Shown one piece after another: positions 16,822 through 26,275 of a DNA stretch of 64,000 nt. Below the pieces are notes generated by a model. That model was not told where the DNA came from. It was given only the letters and a program-made list of their open reading frames with translations, and did no database searches. Each line of letters starts with the position of its first letter. Positions within the stretch are counted from its first letter, which is position 1. The translations under genes were made by a program, and so were the position numbers. The DNA comes from Myxococcales bacterium UBA1238 (GTDB lineage: Bacteria > Myxococcota_A > Bradymonadia > UBA7976 > UBA1532): positions 17,108 through 81,107 of the forward strand of contig DBWM01000068.1 of the NCBI GenBank assembly GCA_002309015.1, written 5' to 3'.

Positions 16822-17582
16822 CCCCAAACACCCCAAGCGTAATAAATTCCGTACAAAAGCCCGAGCATGCCCGCAAACAGCAGCGCGTACAGGCCTAACC
16901 TGCGCAATTTGGGATGTTTTTTGCTGTGACGGCGCACCACAAAGAGCCGATCGGCCAGCGTAAAATAATCGCCATCCTTTAAACTGAGCTCGGTATATCC
17001 CCGTCCTTTGCGCGCAAAATATTCGTCCGTCTCGGCTTTGACCCGCCGCCACCCTCCGGAAAAAATCGCCAGTTCTTCAGGGATTGCGGGATCGTCCAGC
17101 TTTAAATCCGCGTTTGGACCGCTGCCCACCACCGTGCGCTCACCCACCTGGCAGCCGCGCCCCGCTTCGGGGCCATATTGTTCCCAAAGGGTAAAACCCG
17201 AAAACTCGCCCCGGCGATATCTTTCATAGAGTTCGGTTTCAAACTGCCCATAGTCGGTGCTCTCGGTGGTCAGCCCGCCCTGCCAGTTGATGTAGACTTC
17301 GATGCAAACAGAGCCACAGCAAAAATAGAATCCGTTGTTGATTTCCTTCATGTCGAAGATTTCATCGAAGCCCAGAGAGCATTCATCCGAAAACAGGTCG
17401 ACCACGTAATAACGGTTGTCTTTTCTAAAGATACGGCACATGCAGCTGCCCACCTGGGGGCTGTCGATCACCACGTCGTTTTTGGGATGGCTGCCGATCG
17501 TGATGCAATCTTGATCCAATGCGTGATGCTTCACGCGGCCGCGCTCATCGGTCACTTTAACGAGCAATTCGCAGGAGGGCAT
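16818..17582 (-). CDS. FHA-domain protein with a C-terminal membrane anchor
   Basis: AAGGAG lies 7 nt upstream of ATG 17582. ITIGSHPKNDVVIDSPQVGSCMCRIFRKDNRYYVVDL is FHA-like, and a second FHA-like block is RTVVGSGPNADLKLDD...LADRLFVV. The terminal hydrophobic segment is LYALLFAGMLGLLYGIYYAW. Confidence 0.7.
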   Translation of the reverse strand: MPSCELLVKVTDERGRVKHHALDQDCITIGSHPKNDVVIDSPQVGSCMCRIFRKDNRYYVVDLFSDECSLGFDEIFDMKEINNGFYFCCGSVCIEVYINWQGGLTTESTDYGQFETELYERYRRGEFSGFTLWEQYGPEAGRGCQVGERTVVGSGPNADLKLDDPAIPEELAIFSGGWRRVKAETDEYFARKGRGYTELSLKDGDYFTLADRLFVVRRHSKKHPKLRRLGLYALLFAGMLGLLYGIYYAWGVWG

Positions 17583-17597
17583 CTGTCGGCTCCTTTC

Positions 17598-19862
17598 TTA
17601 CGGCAAAAGAATCTCATCCCGCCCCATCGACTGAATGCGCAACTCATCCGACAAGCTGACGCGGATCCATCCATCCAAGTCCGTTCTCCATAAGGGAATT
17701 TTTCGATCCTGATAACGTTTGAGCGCGTAGGGAGAAGGCAAACCAAAACTGTTATAACGGCCCGCGGTCAGGACGATCGCTTTCGGTTTTAAGGCCTCCA
17801 AAAACGCCTCTGAATTGCTGCCGCGACTGCCGTGATGGGGCGCTTTGAGCACACAAATATTGCCCAGCAATCCTCTGTTTTGTAAATCATTTTCCTTTTT
17901 TTCGGTAATATCGCCCGTCAGCAGCAAATCGCAGCCCGGCCCCACGATTTTCATCACGATCGAAGCATCATTTTCTCCCCAGGATGCATCCAACACATGG
18001 CTCAGCACTTCGATTTGAACCTCGCCCATCTGCCATTTGCCTGGCTCCGCAATCTCTATCGGCTTCTTTGTTTTTTGAATCGCCTCCAGCGTTTTTTGCC
18101 ATGCAGGCTCTGGAGATACGCGACCATTCACAAAAAAGCGATCGACTTCGACCTCCTTTAAAACCGCCATCAGTCCGCCGTAATGATCCGAATGGCCGTG
18201 CGAAATAAAGACGGCATCGAGATGCCCGATCCCCTCGTGTCGCAGATAAGCGAGCAGCGCCTTCGCTTCAAAATCGGGGCCCGCATCCACCAAAATGCTG
18301 CGATCGTCGCTTCGAACCAAGAGCGCATCGCCCTGCCCCACGGCGATCGCCTCGACCGCAACGCCCTTAAAACCGCTCGCCGCACTCCATACAAAAAATG
18401 CGCAACTGATTAAAATTGCAAACTTTTTTTGGCGAAGGCAGACCCCTGTCATCAGGCATATGGGGATCGCCAAAGCGAACGCCCAACGCCGACCCACGAT
18501 TTGCTGATCCCACCCCAAATCGAGCAGCGCCTCCGCAAACGCGACCAAAAGCTCCGCGCCCTTCGCCGCCCAGTTCAAAGGCATGGAAGTCAGCGGGCTT
18601 GCAAACAGCGCCAAAAGCCCCAAAGGCACCAGAACGCCGCTCGCCACGGGCGTTAAAACCAAATTGGCCGCCAGCGACATGGGTGCAAAAGTCCCAAAAT
18701 GGTAAGCCTGAATCGGAGCCGTTGCCGCCCAGGCGACCAGACAAGTCCAAAGCACCGAAACGAGCCCTTTTTTGAACCGACCGCCACACCACAAGAGCGC
18801 TCCCACCGCCGCAAACGAGAGCTGAAAGCTCACCTCAAAAGGTGCCCCATGCTGATGTGCGATCACCATAAATGCAGCAAATCCAAAGAGATTTTTGCCG
18901 TTAGAAGGTTTTAGAAAACAATTCGACAGGAGCAGCCCCGTCACCATGACGCCCGCCCGGCAGGCGCTCACCGGAAACTGCGCCAGCGCCACAAATCCCC
19001 AGACGCAGGGCAACGCCGCAACCGCCGACCAGCGTTTGGGAAACATCACCCCCAGGCGACAAAAAAGCTTTGAAAACGCCCCAAAAAGCGCCAGCGCAAA
19101 ACCCGCAACATGAAGCCCGCTCACCGCCAGCAGATGCGCCAATCCCGTTGATTTCAAAGCTCTTTCAGCTGACTGAGGCAACGATTTTTTATCGCCCAGA
19201 AGGAGCCCCTTTAAAACCGCAGCGCCATACCAGCCATCCAGCTCATCCAGCGCATCGCGCGCCCATTTGCGCAGCGAAAGCAGCCTCAAAGCGCCCTGAC
19301 CTGCGGGCTCAAGCAACAAAACCGGCCCATGCGCCTGCCAGAGAATCGATCGCCTGCGCCCCCATTCCTTAAAGTCAAAACCGCCCGGATTCTCTTGTGA
19401 TGAAAGGAGATGCGGACGATTGACGAGCAGTCTCGCGCCCACCGCAAGGCCGGGTTGATAGGCGACCGAACTCACCCAAATGAGCGCATTTTTGACGCCA
19501 TCCGGCGCCACGACCAGGTTCAGATGGCCTCCGCTCAGCTCCGCCTCCACCACGCGCCCCATCACGCGGTGACCGATGGCAGGCGGCGCATCGTCCGCCG
19601 CATCAAAAGCTGCACTCACCATGCCCGAAGCGAGCGAAAAAGCGATCAGCGCCCAGCAGGAATTCCCTGTTTTGCGCGTCCAACTCCCTAAAAATACGAC
19701 GAAAACGAGTGCAATAAGCCCACCTGCCCACGCCCATTCCTTCAAACAGAGACCCAGCCAAAACGCAAACCCGAGTTTGATCCACGGTCGCTCCATCGCG
19801 CCCTCCAGATTCCTGTAGGGGCTAATCGGCGCCAGAGCGAGAATGTTGCGGACTGTCTTCAA
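17598..19862 (-). CDS. comEC: DNA internalization-related competence protein ComEC/Rec2 (with metallo-beta-lactamase domain)
   Basis: It has a polytopic N-terminus with LAHLLAVSGLHV. The C-terminus VGQGDALLV...FISHGHSDHYGGL...APHHGS is an MBL fold. The start could be 19862 or 19796. Confidence 0.85.
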   Translation of the reverse strand: MKTVRNILALAPISPYRNLEGAMERPWIKLGFAFWLGLCLKEWAWAGGLIALVFVVFLGSWTRKTGNSCWALIAFSLASGMVSAAFDAADDAPPAIGHRVMGRVVEAELSGGHLNLVVAPDGVKNALIWVSSVAYQPGLAVGARLLVNRPHLLSSQENPGGFDFKEWGRRRSILWQAHGPVLLLEPAGQGALRLLSLRKWARDALDELDGWYGAAVLKGLLLGDKKSLPQSAERALKSTGLAHLLAVSGLHVAGFALALFGAFSKLFCRLGVMFPKRWSAVAALPCVWGFVALAQFPVSACRAGVMVTGLLLSNCFLKPSNGKNLFGFAAFMVIAHQHGAPFEVSFQLSFAAVGALLWCGGRFKKGLVSVLWTCLVAWAATAPIQAYHFGTFAPMSLAANLVLTPVASGVLVPLGLLALFASPLTSMPLNWAAKGAELLVAFAEALLDLGWDQQIVGRRWAFALAIPICLMTGVCLRQKKFAILISCAFFVWSAASGFKGVAVEAIAVGQGDALLVRSDDRSILVDAGPDFEAKALLAYLRHEGIGHLDAVFISHGHSDHYGGLMAVLKEVEVDRFFVNGRVSPEPAWQKTLEAIQKTKKPIEIAEPGKWQMGEVQIEVLSHVLDASWGENDASIVMKIVGPGCDLLLTGDITEKKENDLQNRGLLGNICVLKAPHHGSRGSNSEAFLEALKPKAIVLTAGRYNSFGLPSPYALKRYQDRKIPLWRTDLDGWIRVSLSDELRIQSMGRDEILLP

Positions 19863-19949
19863 AAAACGGCTTCAAAAGGAAGGCTTATGACAGGATTGCA
19901 ACCCTCTCCCGGTTTGTGCTAGCAAGCGCAGATTTTTTGGAGAATTTCT

Positions 19950-21320
19950 ATGCGAACACCCCTGATTCTCTTTTTTGTTGGGATTGCCATCTTTGCCGCA
20001 TTTGCAGGTCCCAGATTGCGGATTCACACAAAGAATAATCATTTCGTATACTTAGCGGATTCTTTTTTGCACGGCAGCGCAGAATTGGTCCGCACGCCCG
20101 AAGGCACCAACGACTGGGCCAACTACCAGGAACTCCAGTTAAAAGGGGAATCAGCCCGGCAGTACGGTCCGAAGGTCTCCGGATTCTTCACCAAGCGAGC
20201 GGGAAAGCCCGATCAGTTCAGGCTGCTGAGCGGTCAGGAGATCGAGATTCCCTCCCAGGATCGCGGCGAAAGTCAGACCCATTATTTTGTCTCATTCCCG
20301 CCTGGCCCCGCCGTGCTGATGATGCCTATGGTGGCCCTCTTTGGATACGGCACCAACGATGTGTTGTTTACCCTGTTTTTTGCCGCCCTAAACGTCTCGC
20401 TCGTCTTCCTTTTATTGCGTAAACTCGGGGAGTTAGGCTATTCGCAACGCAGCGAAAAAGAAGACATCTGGCTGAGCATTCTGTTTGCGTTTGGCAGCGC
20501 TCACCTTTGGTGTGCGGTTCAGGGCGGCGTTTGGTTCACCGCCCTGATCATCGGCGTCACATTCAATTTGCTCTATATTTACGCGTCGTTGGACACCAGG
20601 CATCCCTTTTGGGCAGGCCTTGCCCTTGCGGCCGCATTCTCTACGCGCGCCACGATGATCTTTGCCGCTCTGTTCTTTTACATGCAGCTGTTTTTCCCGC
20701 CCGAGCATCTGCAGCGATCAAAGCGCGAGACTTTGATAAAATTCCTTCAGTTTTCGGCCCCTTGCCTCGTCGTGGGGCTCTCGCTGCTCTATTACAACGC
20801 CGTCCGATTCGATCGCATCACGGAATTTGGTCACACCTACCTTGCGGGCGGCACCATCGCGCGCATCCGCGATTTTGGCATGTTCGACATCCGCTTCCTC
20901 ACGCGCAACCTCACATCCGCCTTCACCCTGATGCCCCGAATCAGCGATTCCGCCCCCTACATCCAATTCAGCACCCATGGCACCAGCCTGCTGCTCACCA
21001 CGCCCGCCTTAACCCTGCTGCTCTGGCCGCGCCGCAGCTCGCCCATCGCCCGACCCATCATGCTTACGGCACTCGCCATCGCGATTCCGATTTTCCTTTA
21101 TCAGAACACGGGTTGGGAGCAATTCAGCTTCCGGTTTTCGCTCGACTTCATGCCCTATCTGATCGCCGCCATCGCCATTGGCGGATACCCGCTCACCAAA
21201 TTCGTGAAAGGCCTCATCATCGCGGGTATTCTGGTCAACGCATTTGGCGCCGTCACCTTCAAGCGAACCGGCAAAATTCACCTTTACGCCGATTACATCA
21301 GCGAGGAGCCCAAGAGATAA
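19950..21320 (+). CDS. Polytopic GT-C-fold membrane glycosyltransferase (ArnT/PMT_2-like)
   Basis: There are at least 10 hydrophobic segments. YFVSFPPGPAVLMMPMVALFGYG and the loop organisation resemble GT39/GT83-type enzymes. I could not check catalytic residues. Confidence 0.45.
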   Translation: MRTPLILFFVGIAIFAAFAGPRLRIHTKNNHFVYLADSFLHGSAELVRTPEGTNDWANYQELQLKGESARQYGPKVSGFFTKRAGKPDQFRLLSGQEIEIPSQDRGESQTHYFVSFPPGPAVLMMPMVALFGYGTNDVLFTLFFAALNVSLVFLLLRKLGELGYSQRSEKEDIWLSILFAFGSAHLWCAVQGGVWFTALIIGVTFNLLYIYASLDTRHPFWAGLALAAAFSTRATMIFAALFFYMQLFFPPEHLQRSKRETLIKFLQFSAPCLVVGLSLLYYNAVRFDRITEFGHTYLAGGTIARIRDFGMFDIRFLTRNLTSAFTLMPRISDSAPYIQFSTHGTSLLLTTPALTLLLWPRRSSPIARPIMLTALAIAIPIFLYQNTGWEQFSFRFSLDFMPYLIAAIAIGGYPLTKFVKGLIIAGILVNAFGAVTFKRTGKIHLYADYISEEPKR

Positions 21321-21341
21321 CGCTTTGATTTAAAAAGCGTT
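21319..21341. terminator. Hairpin shared by two convergent genes
   Basis: AACGCTTT (21319..21326), a 7-nt loop, then AAAGCGTT (21334..21341) form a perfect 8-bp stem. It spans both stop codons. The U-tracts are weak. Confidence 0.4.
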
Positions 21342-21745
21342 TATTCCTCGTCATCCGGATCAGGCTCGGGACGTCCGTTTTCGAGCATGTCGCGCACGCG
21401 CTCCACCAAATCCTCGATCAAAAACGGCTTATCCATGTAATCGTCCGCACCGTACAGCGGCGAAGTCATCTCGTTGACGGCGGGCCCGATGGCGGTCAGC
21501 ATCAGAACTGCTACTTTAGAAAGCTCTTCTTTTTCGCGCACATAGCGGCAGATTTCCCAGCCGTTCAGCTTGGGCATCATCACGTCCAGAACGAGCACAT
21601 CGGGCTTTTCGAGCAGCAGCAATTCGAGCGCTTCCTCACCGTCGCGCGCTTCGAGCACCCGGCAACCCAACTTGGCCACGCTGCGCTTTACGATAAAGCG
21701 CATTTCAGCATCATCGTCCGCAATCAACACAGTTTTTTCAGACAA
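21341..21745 (-). CDS. Stand-alone response-regulator receiver (CheY-like)
   Basis: VLIADDDAEMRFIV...DVLVLDVMMPKLNGWEI...MLTAIG. The TTG start is preceded by AAGGAG 7 nt upstream. Confidence 0.85.
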   Translation of the reverse strand: MSEKTVLIADDDAEMRFIVKRSVAKLGCRVLEARDGEEALELLLLEKPDVLVLDVMMPKLNGWEICRYVREKEELSKVAVLMLTAIGPAVNEMTSPLYGADDYMDKPFLIEDLVERVRDMLENGRPEPDPDDEE

Positions 21746-21908
21746 GACCCATCTCCTTAAACAGTGACCATCAAGCCATAGGGCTTTGAAAGACCGATTG
21801 TCAACGGGTTGAAGCTCAAGGCGATCAAAAATGGGACAAAGTTGCTTGATCTCACAGGACGCTTCATCATTTATTGTTTATGCAATCGACCGAAAGTACC
21901 TGTAACTG

Positions 21909-24900
21909 ATGCGACATTTACTCACGCCACTGCTGACCCTCATCGCGGTCGCGAGCGCATTTTATCTTCATCTTTCGTCGCCCCGGCAGGATGGTCGCTG
22001 GCAACTGAAATACAGCTTAAGCCAGGCTGCCGATCGCGATCCTGCCAGCCGCTCACAGATTTCATTACAAATTTTTAACCGTGCCATCATCTATATCAAA
22101 GAAAATTATGTAGACCCCAAACGAATCGACCCCAGGCGCATGTTCCGCGCCTGCCTTGAAGAGCTTCAAAAAAATGTGCCCGAACTGCTGGCTCGCTTTG
22201 ACGACCGCGATCAAAATCAGCCCTCCGTCACCCTTCAGATTGGCCAGCAAACTCAAACGCTATCGCTCAAAGAGCTGGACAACAGCTGGCAGATAGCGCT
22301 CAAGTTAAAAGACGTTTTCCGTTTTATTCTCAACGAGTTACAAGACAAAGCTTCTGCCAAGGATTTGGAATATACCGCCATTGAAGGCCTGCTCGAAACG
22401 CTCGATCCGCATTCCATCCTGATGCGCCCCAAGGATTACCGCCTGTTCAAAATCGGCATGTTTGGCAAATATGCAGGCGTCGGTTTTCTGGCGAGTTATC
22501 GCAAAGATCAGCTCACCATCACCCACATCTTCGAAGGCTCCCCAGCCGATCGCAAAGGGCTCAAAATCGGTGACCGCGTCGTACAAATCGGCCTCGACAG
22601 CACCCTCAACATGACCATCGAAGAAGCGATCTCTGCAATGAGCGGCGAGCCGGGCAGCCAGGTCGACATCTGGATTCAGCGCGACGGCTGGAAAAAACCG
22701 CGCAAATACGTGCTGACGCGCGAAGACATCAAACTCAAATCGGTGCAGGCAGAGCTTTTGCCCCATCAAATCGCGTGGATTCAGCTGCACCGCTTTCAAA
22801 ACTCCGCTGCCGAAGAATTAAAAACTGCGCTCACCGCGCTCAACAAGCAAAGCAAAGGCCTCAGGGGCGTCATCCTGGATCTGCGCGACAATCCCGGAGG
22901 TTTGCTCGATCAGGCCATCAAAATCGTTGATTTCTTTATAGAAACAGGCACCATTGTGACCACCGTTGGCTACGGTGAAAAAATCCGCGCGCCCCAGATT
23001 GCCACGCACGCGGGCACCTTTCCTCGCTTCCCCATGGTCATATTGATCAACCAGGAAAGCGCCAGTGCCTCAGAAGCCGTTGCCGGCGCCCTCAAAAACC
23101 ACCATCGCGCCCTTGTTTTGGGGCAGACCAGTTTCGGCAAAGGATCCGTCCAGGTCGTCTACGACAATCCCGACGACTCCGCCCTCAAACTGACCATCGC
23201 CCAATATCTCACCCCCGGCGATCTTTCGATTCAATCCGTAGGCATCATCCCTCATGTTCAGCTCGTAAAGGTCAATCTCGAAAAAGAAAATCTTGATTTA
23301 TTCCGCACAGTTGAACTCAATGCAGGCCATCACAGCGAGAGCGAACTGCCTTTTCATCTCAATCACGAGAGCGCCCTGATCGCGCAAAGCGAAAAGCCTT
23401 TATTTTCGCTGAAATACCTTGAACCGAAAGCCTCTGCCTCAAAATCTTCACCTGTTCAGAAAGCCCTTTCAGATTTTGAAGTCCGCATCGCACAAGAGAT
23501 TCTGGCCCAGACCGAAAATGCGGAACAGGAGTCTCTGATTGAGAGTACCAGGCAAGTCATCGCTCATCATCAGGAGGAGCAAAATCAGGCCATCTTTCAG
23601 GCGCTGCTCGCACAGGGCATCGACTGGAGCGAAAACTGCGGCCGCGGACATCCCAGGGCTAAGGTCAAAATCACGAGCGATCCTGCACCGTTAGAGGTGA
23701 AATCGGGCCAAAACGTCACCCTGCGCGTTGAGGTCTTCAATCAGGGCGACGGGCCTTTTTGCCAGCTTCGCGCATTTACAAAATCCGACAACCCCGTATT
23801 CGACGGTCACGAGCTGCTTTTTGGCATGATTTTGCCTAAGAAATCCGTCACTTACGAAGTTTCAATTCCGGTCCCCGATACCACTGTGGCCAGAGAAGAT
23901 CGCGTCTCGCTTCAATTTTCTGAGGCCAAAAATGCAAACCTGCCCGAAAGCGCGGTCCAGCTCAGAATCAATCCCCAGAAGGCCCCTCAGTTTGCCCTGC
24001 GCTGGCAACTCGATGATCGGGAAAAAGGCAATGGTGACGGGGTGTTACAGCCCGAAGAGGAAGCTTTGCTGCGCGTTTCAGTGCGCAATTTAGGCCCTGG
24101 ATTTGCAGAAAGCGTGCTCGGGATTCTGAAGCTTGCCGACTCGACGCTCGAAGAACATACTCCCCCCTCGATGCAGCGCAATGTGTTGCTGCAACACGGC
24201 AGATTTAAAGGGAAATCCCTTCAGCCAGACGAAGAGACCGAACTTCTCTTTTCATTTAAGGTCAAGAAGGATCTCCAGGCCGATCGGATCGATTTTGCAC
24301 TCCACCTGCAAGAGCCCGAACTCAAAACCCAACGATTTGAACAGATTGCGCTGCCCATCGCCCAATCACCATTGGCCATCCAGAATCAAATTCTAAAATC
24401 TGCTTTAAATACAAATATTTTGGTGAATTCTGGGTGCAACAGCGGAAACCCGCTCTTTGTCGCCTCGACGCTTCAGTCCGACGGACAAACCAAAGACTGC
24501 TACCGCATCCCTCTCCCAAACGGGCTCTACGGCTGGGTCTCAAAAGAAAACGTGATCGCGGGCCCCGGTGAGCTGAGCAACGAAATGACGCTTCAGAAAG
24601 CGGAATGGCAGGCGCCTCCGCAAATCGAGATCGCCCCTGAAAGCGAGATCACCTCGACCCCAAACGAGTTCTTCGACCTCAGGGGAGAGGTCATTAACGC
24701 CAATGAAATCAGAGGGTTATCGATTTACCTCGCAACCACCAAACTCGATTTCATTCCCCCGATTCCCCAAAAAGATCGCCTGCCGTTCCAAAAAGAAATC
24801 GCGCTAGCGCCGGGGCAGAACCGCATCACCCTCATCGCTCATTTTTACAATCGGCCCACCCTGCGCCAAACCCTGTTCGTCCGCCGATCCCTTGCATCTG

Positions 24901-24920
24901 AAGCCAAAATCCACCACTAA
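21909..24920 (+). CDS. S41-family C-terminal processing peptidase with a PDZ domain and a long C-terminal extension (1003 aa)
   Basis: PDZ: FEGSPADRKGLKIGDRVVQI. Catalytic region: VILDLRDNPGGLL...INQESASASEAVAGALK...GQTSFGKGSVQ. The roughly 450 aa downstream contain two beta-sandwich-like blocks (GQNVTLRVEVFNQGDGP and ALLRVSVRNLGPG). Confidence 0.85.
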   Translation: MRHLLTPLLTLIAVASAFYLHLSSPRQDGRWQLKYSLSQAADRDPASRSQISLQIFNRAIIYIKENYVDPKRIDPRRMFRACLEELQKNVPELLARFDDRDQNQPSVTLQIGQQTQTLSLKELDNSWQIALKLKDVFRFILNELQDKASAKDLEYTAIEGLLETLDPHSILMRPKDYRLFKIGMFGKYAGVGFLASYRKDQLTITHIFEGSPADRKGLKIGDRVVQIGLDSTLNMTIEEAISAMSGEPGSQVDIWIQRDGWKKPRKYVLTREDIKLKSVQAELLPHQIAWIQLHRFQNSAAEELKTALTALNKQSKGLRGVILDLRDNPGGLLDQAIKIVDFFIETGTIVTTVGYGEKIRAPQIATHAGTFPRFPMVILINQESASASEAVAGALKNHHRALVLGQTSFGKGSVQVVYDNPDDSALKLTIAQYLTPGDLSIQSVGIIPHVQLVKVNLEKENLDLFRTVELNAGHHSESELPFHLNHESALIAQSEKPLFSLKYLEPKASASKSSPVQKALSDFEVRIAQEILAQTENAEQESLIESTRQVIAHHQEEQNQAIFQALLAQGIDWSENCGRGHPRAKVKITSDPAPLEVKSGQNVTLRVEVFNQGDGPFCQLRAFTKSDNPVFDGHELLFGMILPKKSVTYEVSIPVPDTTVAREDRVSLQFSEAKNANLPESAVQLRINPQKAPQFALRWQLDDREKGNGDGVLQPEEEALLRVSVRNLGPGFAESVLGILKLADSTLEEHTPPSMQRNVLLQHGRFKGKSLQPDEETELLFSFKVKKDLQADRIDFALHLQEPELKTQRFEQIALPIAQSPLAIQNQILKSALNTNILVNSGCNSGNPLFVASTLQSDGQTKDCYRIPLPNGLYGWVSKENVIAGPGELSNEMTLQKAEWQAPPQIEIAPESEITSTPNEFFDLRGEVINANEIRGLSIYLATTKLDFIPPIPQKDRLPFQKEIALAPGQNRITLIAHFYNRPTLRQTLFVRRSLASEAKIHH

Positions 24921-24949
24921 TGCAGTCTTTTTCTCGATGGAGAAAGACC

Positions 24950-26275
24950 ATGCAAAATCCGCACGACGCGATCCGACTCGTCGATCGCTTTCGCTACCGC
25001 GAAAATCTTGAAATCGAAAAATATGTTCTCCCCAACGGACTTACGGTCCTCTACTGGCCCGATTTTTCGGCGCCGCTCTTCAGCTTTCAGAGCTGGTTTC
25101 GCGTGGGCAGCCGCCACGAGGTGAAAGGTCGCACGGGCATCGCGCATCTGTTCGAGCATTTGATGTTCAAGGGCACCAAGAATCATCCGGAAGGCGATTT
25201 TGATCGCATCCTCGAATCCTTTGGAGGCCGCAACAACGCCGCAACCTGGCTCGACTGGACCTATTTCTACGACGACGTGCCAGCCGGATTCCTGAATGAA
25301 GTCATGGCGTTGGAGGCGGATCGCCTGGTGAATATGAGCCTCTGCCCCGAAGAAGTTGAGCCTGAACGCCAGGTGGTGATGAACGAGCGCCGCGAGCGGG
25401 TCGACAACGATCCCTCGGGCAGGCTGAGCGAACTGCTTTGGCAAAAAGCCCTCGGGGATCACCCTTACGCGCATCCCACCATCGGATGGATGGAAGATAT
25501 TGCCGCGATTTCATTAGAGAACTGCGTCGACTTCCATCGCACATGGTACAGCCCGAACCAGCTCGTGCTCTCGATTGCAGGCGCCGTCACCCGCGAAGAG
25601 CTGTTTGACGGATTGCTCAAATATTACGCGCCGATTCCCGCATCGAAGCCCGGATTTGCCCCCGAATTGCAGCAAACGCCGCCCGCACGGTCGGCCACTT
25701 ACGAAGAGCGCTTCCCTCTCACCTGCGAACGGCTGCTGATGGGTTACAGCGCCCCATCAGTCACCGATCCCCTGTATCCCGCCCTCGAAGTTTTGAACGA
25801 GCTGCTTTTTGAAGGGGATTCCGCGAGGTTACAGCGCGCACTCTGCACCGACGGCGAGATTGCAGGCGAGATCAGCGCCTATGTGCCCGCCTTTAAAGCC
25901 GGCGGTCTCTACGAAATCTGCTCGGAACTGCGCCCCGATCACCATGCGGAGGAAGCCCTCGACGTCCTGTTCAAAGCCTTTGAGCAGATTTGCCGCGAAA
26001 AGCCCGCCCAGAGCGAACTCGACAAGGCCAAAAACAAGCTCGAGTCCCGGTTTTACCGCGGACTTCAGACGATGCAGCAGCGCGCGCAGGGGCTCGGGTT
26101 TTATGAAGTCACCGCGGGGGACTATCACCGCCTGTTTGAGCTGGCCAAAAGCTACAGCGAAGTCACCCTCGACGATCTGCAGGCGGTGGCGCAGCGCGTA
26201 TTGAACCCCAACGCGCGCACGATCGTGATCGGCCGGCCTTCGGGGGAGCCTGCATGCGAGGAGGAAGAAGCATGA
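24950..26275 (+). CDS. M16-family zinc peptidase (active subunit, HxxEH)
   Basis: ORF track 24920..26275. ATG 24950 has GGAGA 6 nt upstream. GIAHLFEHLMFKGT contains the inverted zinc motif HxxEH. Confidence 0.85.
   Translation: MQNPHDAIRLVDRFRYRENLEIEKYVLPNGLTVLYWPDFSAPLFSFQSWFRVGSRHEVKGRTGIAHLFEHLMFKGTKNHPEGDFDRILESFGGRNNAATWLDWTYFYDDVPAGFLNEVMALEADRLVNMSLCPEEVEPERQVVMNERRERVDNDPSGRLSELLWQKALGDHPYAHPTIGWMEDIAAISLENCVDFHRTWYSPNQLVLSIAGAVTREELFDGLLKYYAPIPASKPGFAPELQQTPPARSATYEERFPLTCERLLMGYSAPSVTDPLYPALEVLNELLFEGDSARLQRALCTDGEIAGEISAYVPAFKAGGLYEICSELRPDHHAEEALDVLFKAFEQICREKPAQSELDKAKNKLESRFYRGLQTMQQRAQGLGFYEVTAGDYHRLFELAKSYSEVTLDDLQAVAQRVLNPNARTIVIGRPSGEPACEEEEA

Noticed and set aside
20507-21328. 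A 273-aa alternative-frame ORF within the GT-C membrane protein gene
   Set aside because: It lies on the same strand in a shifted frame, with a His/Arg/Pro-rich composition. The annotated frame gives coherent transmembrane helices.
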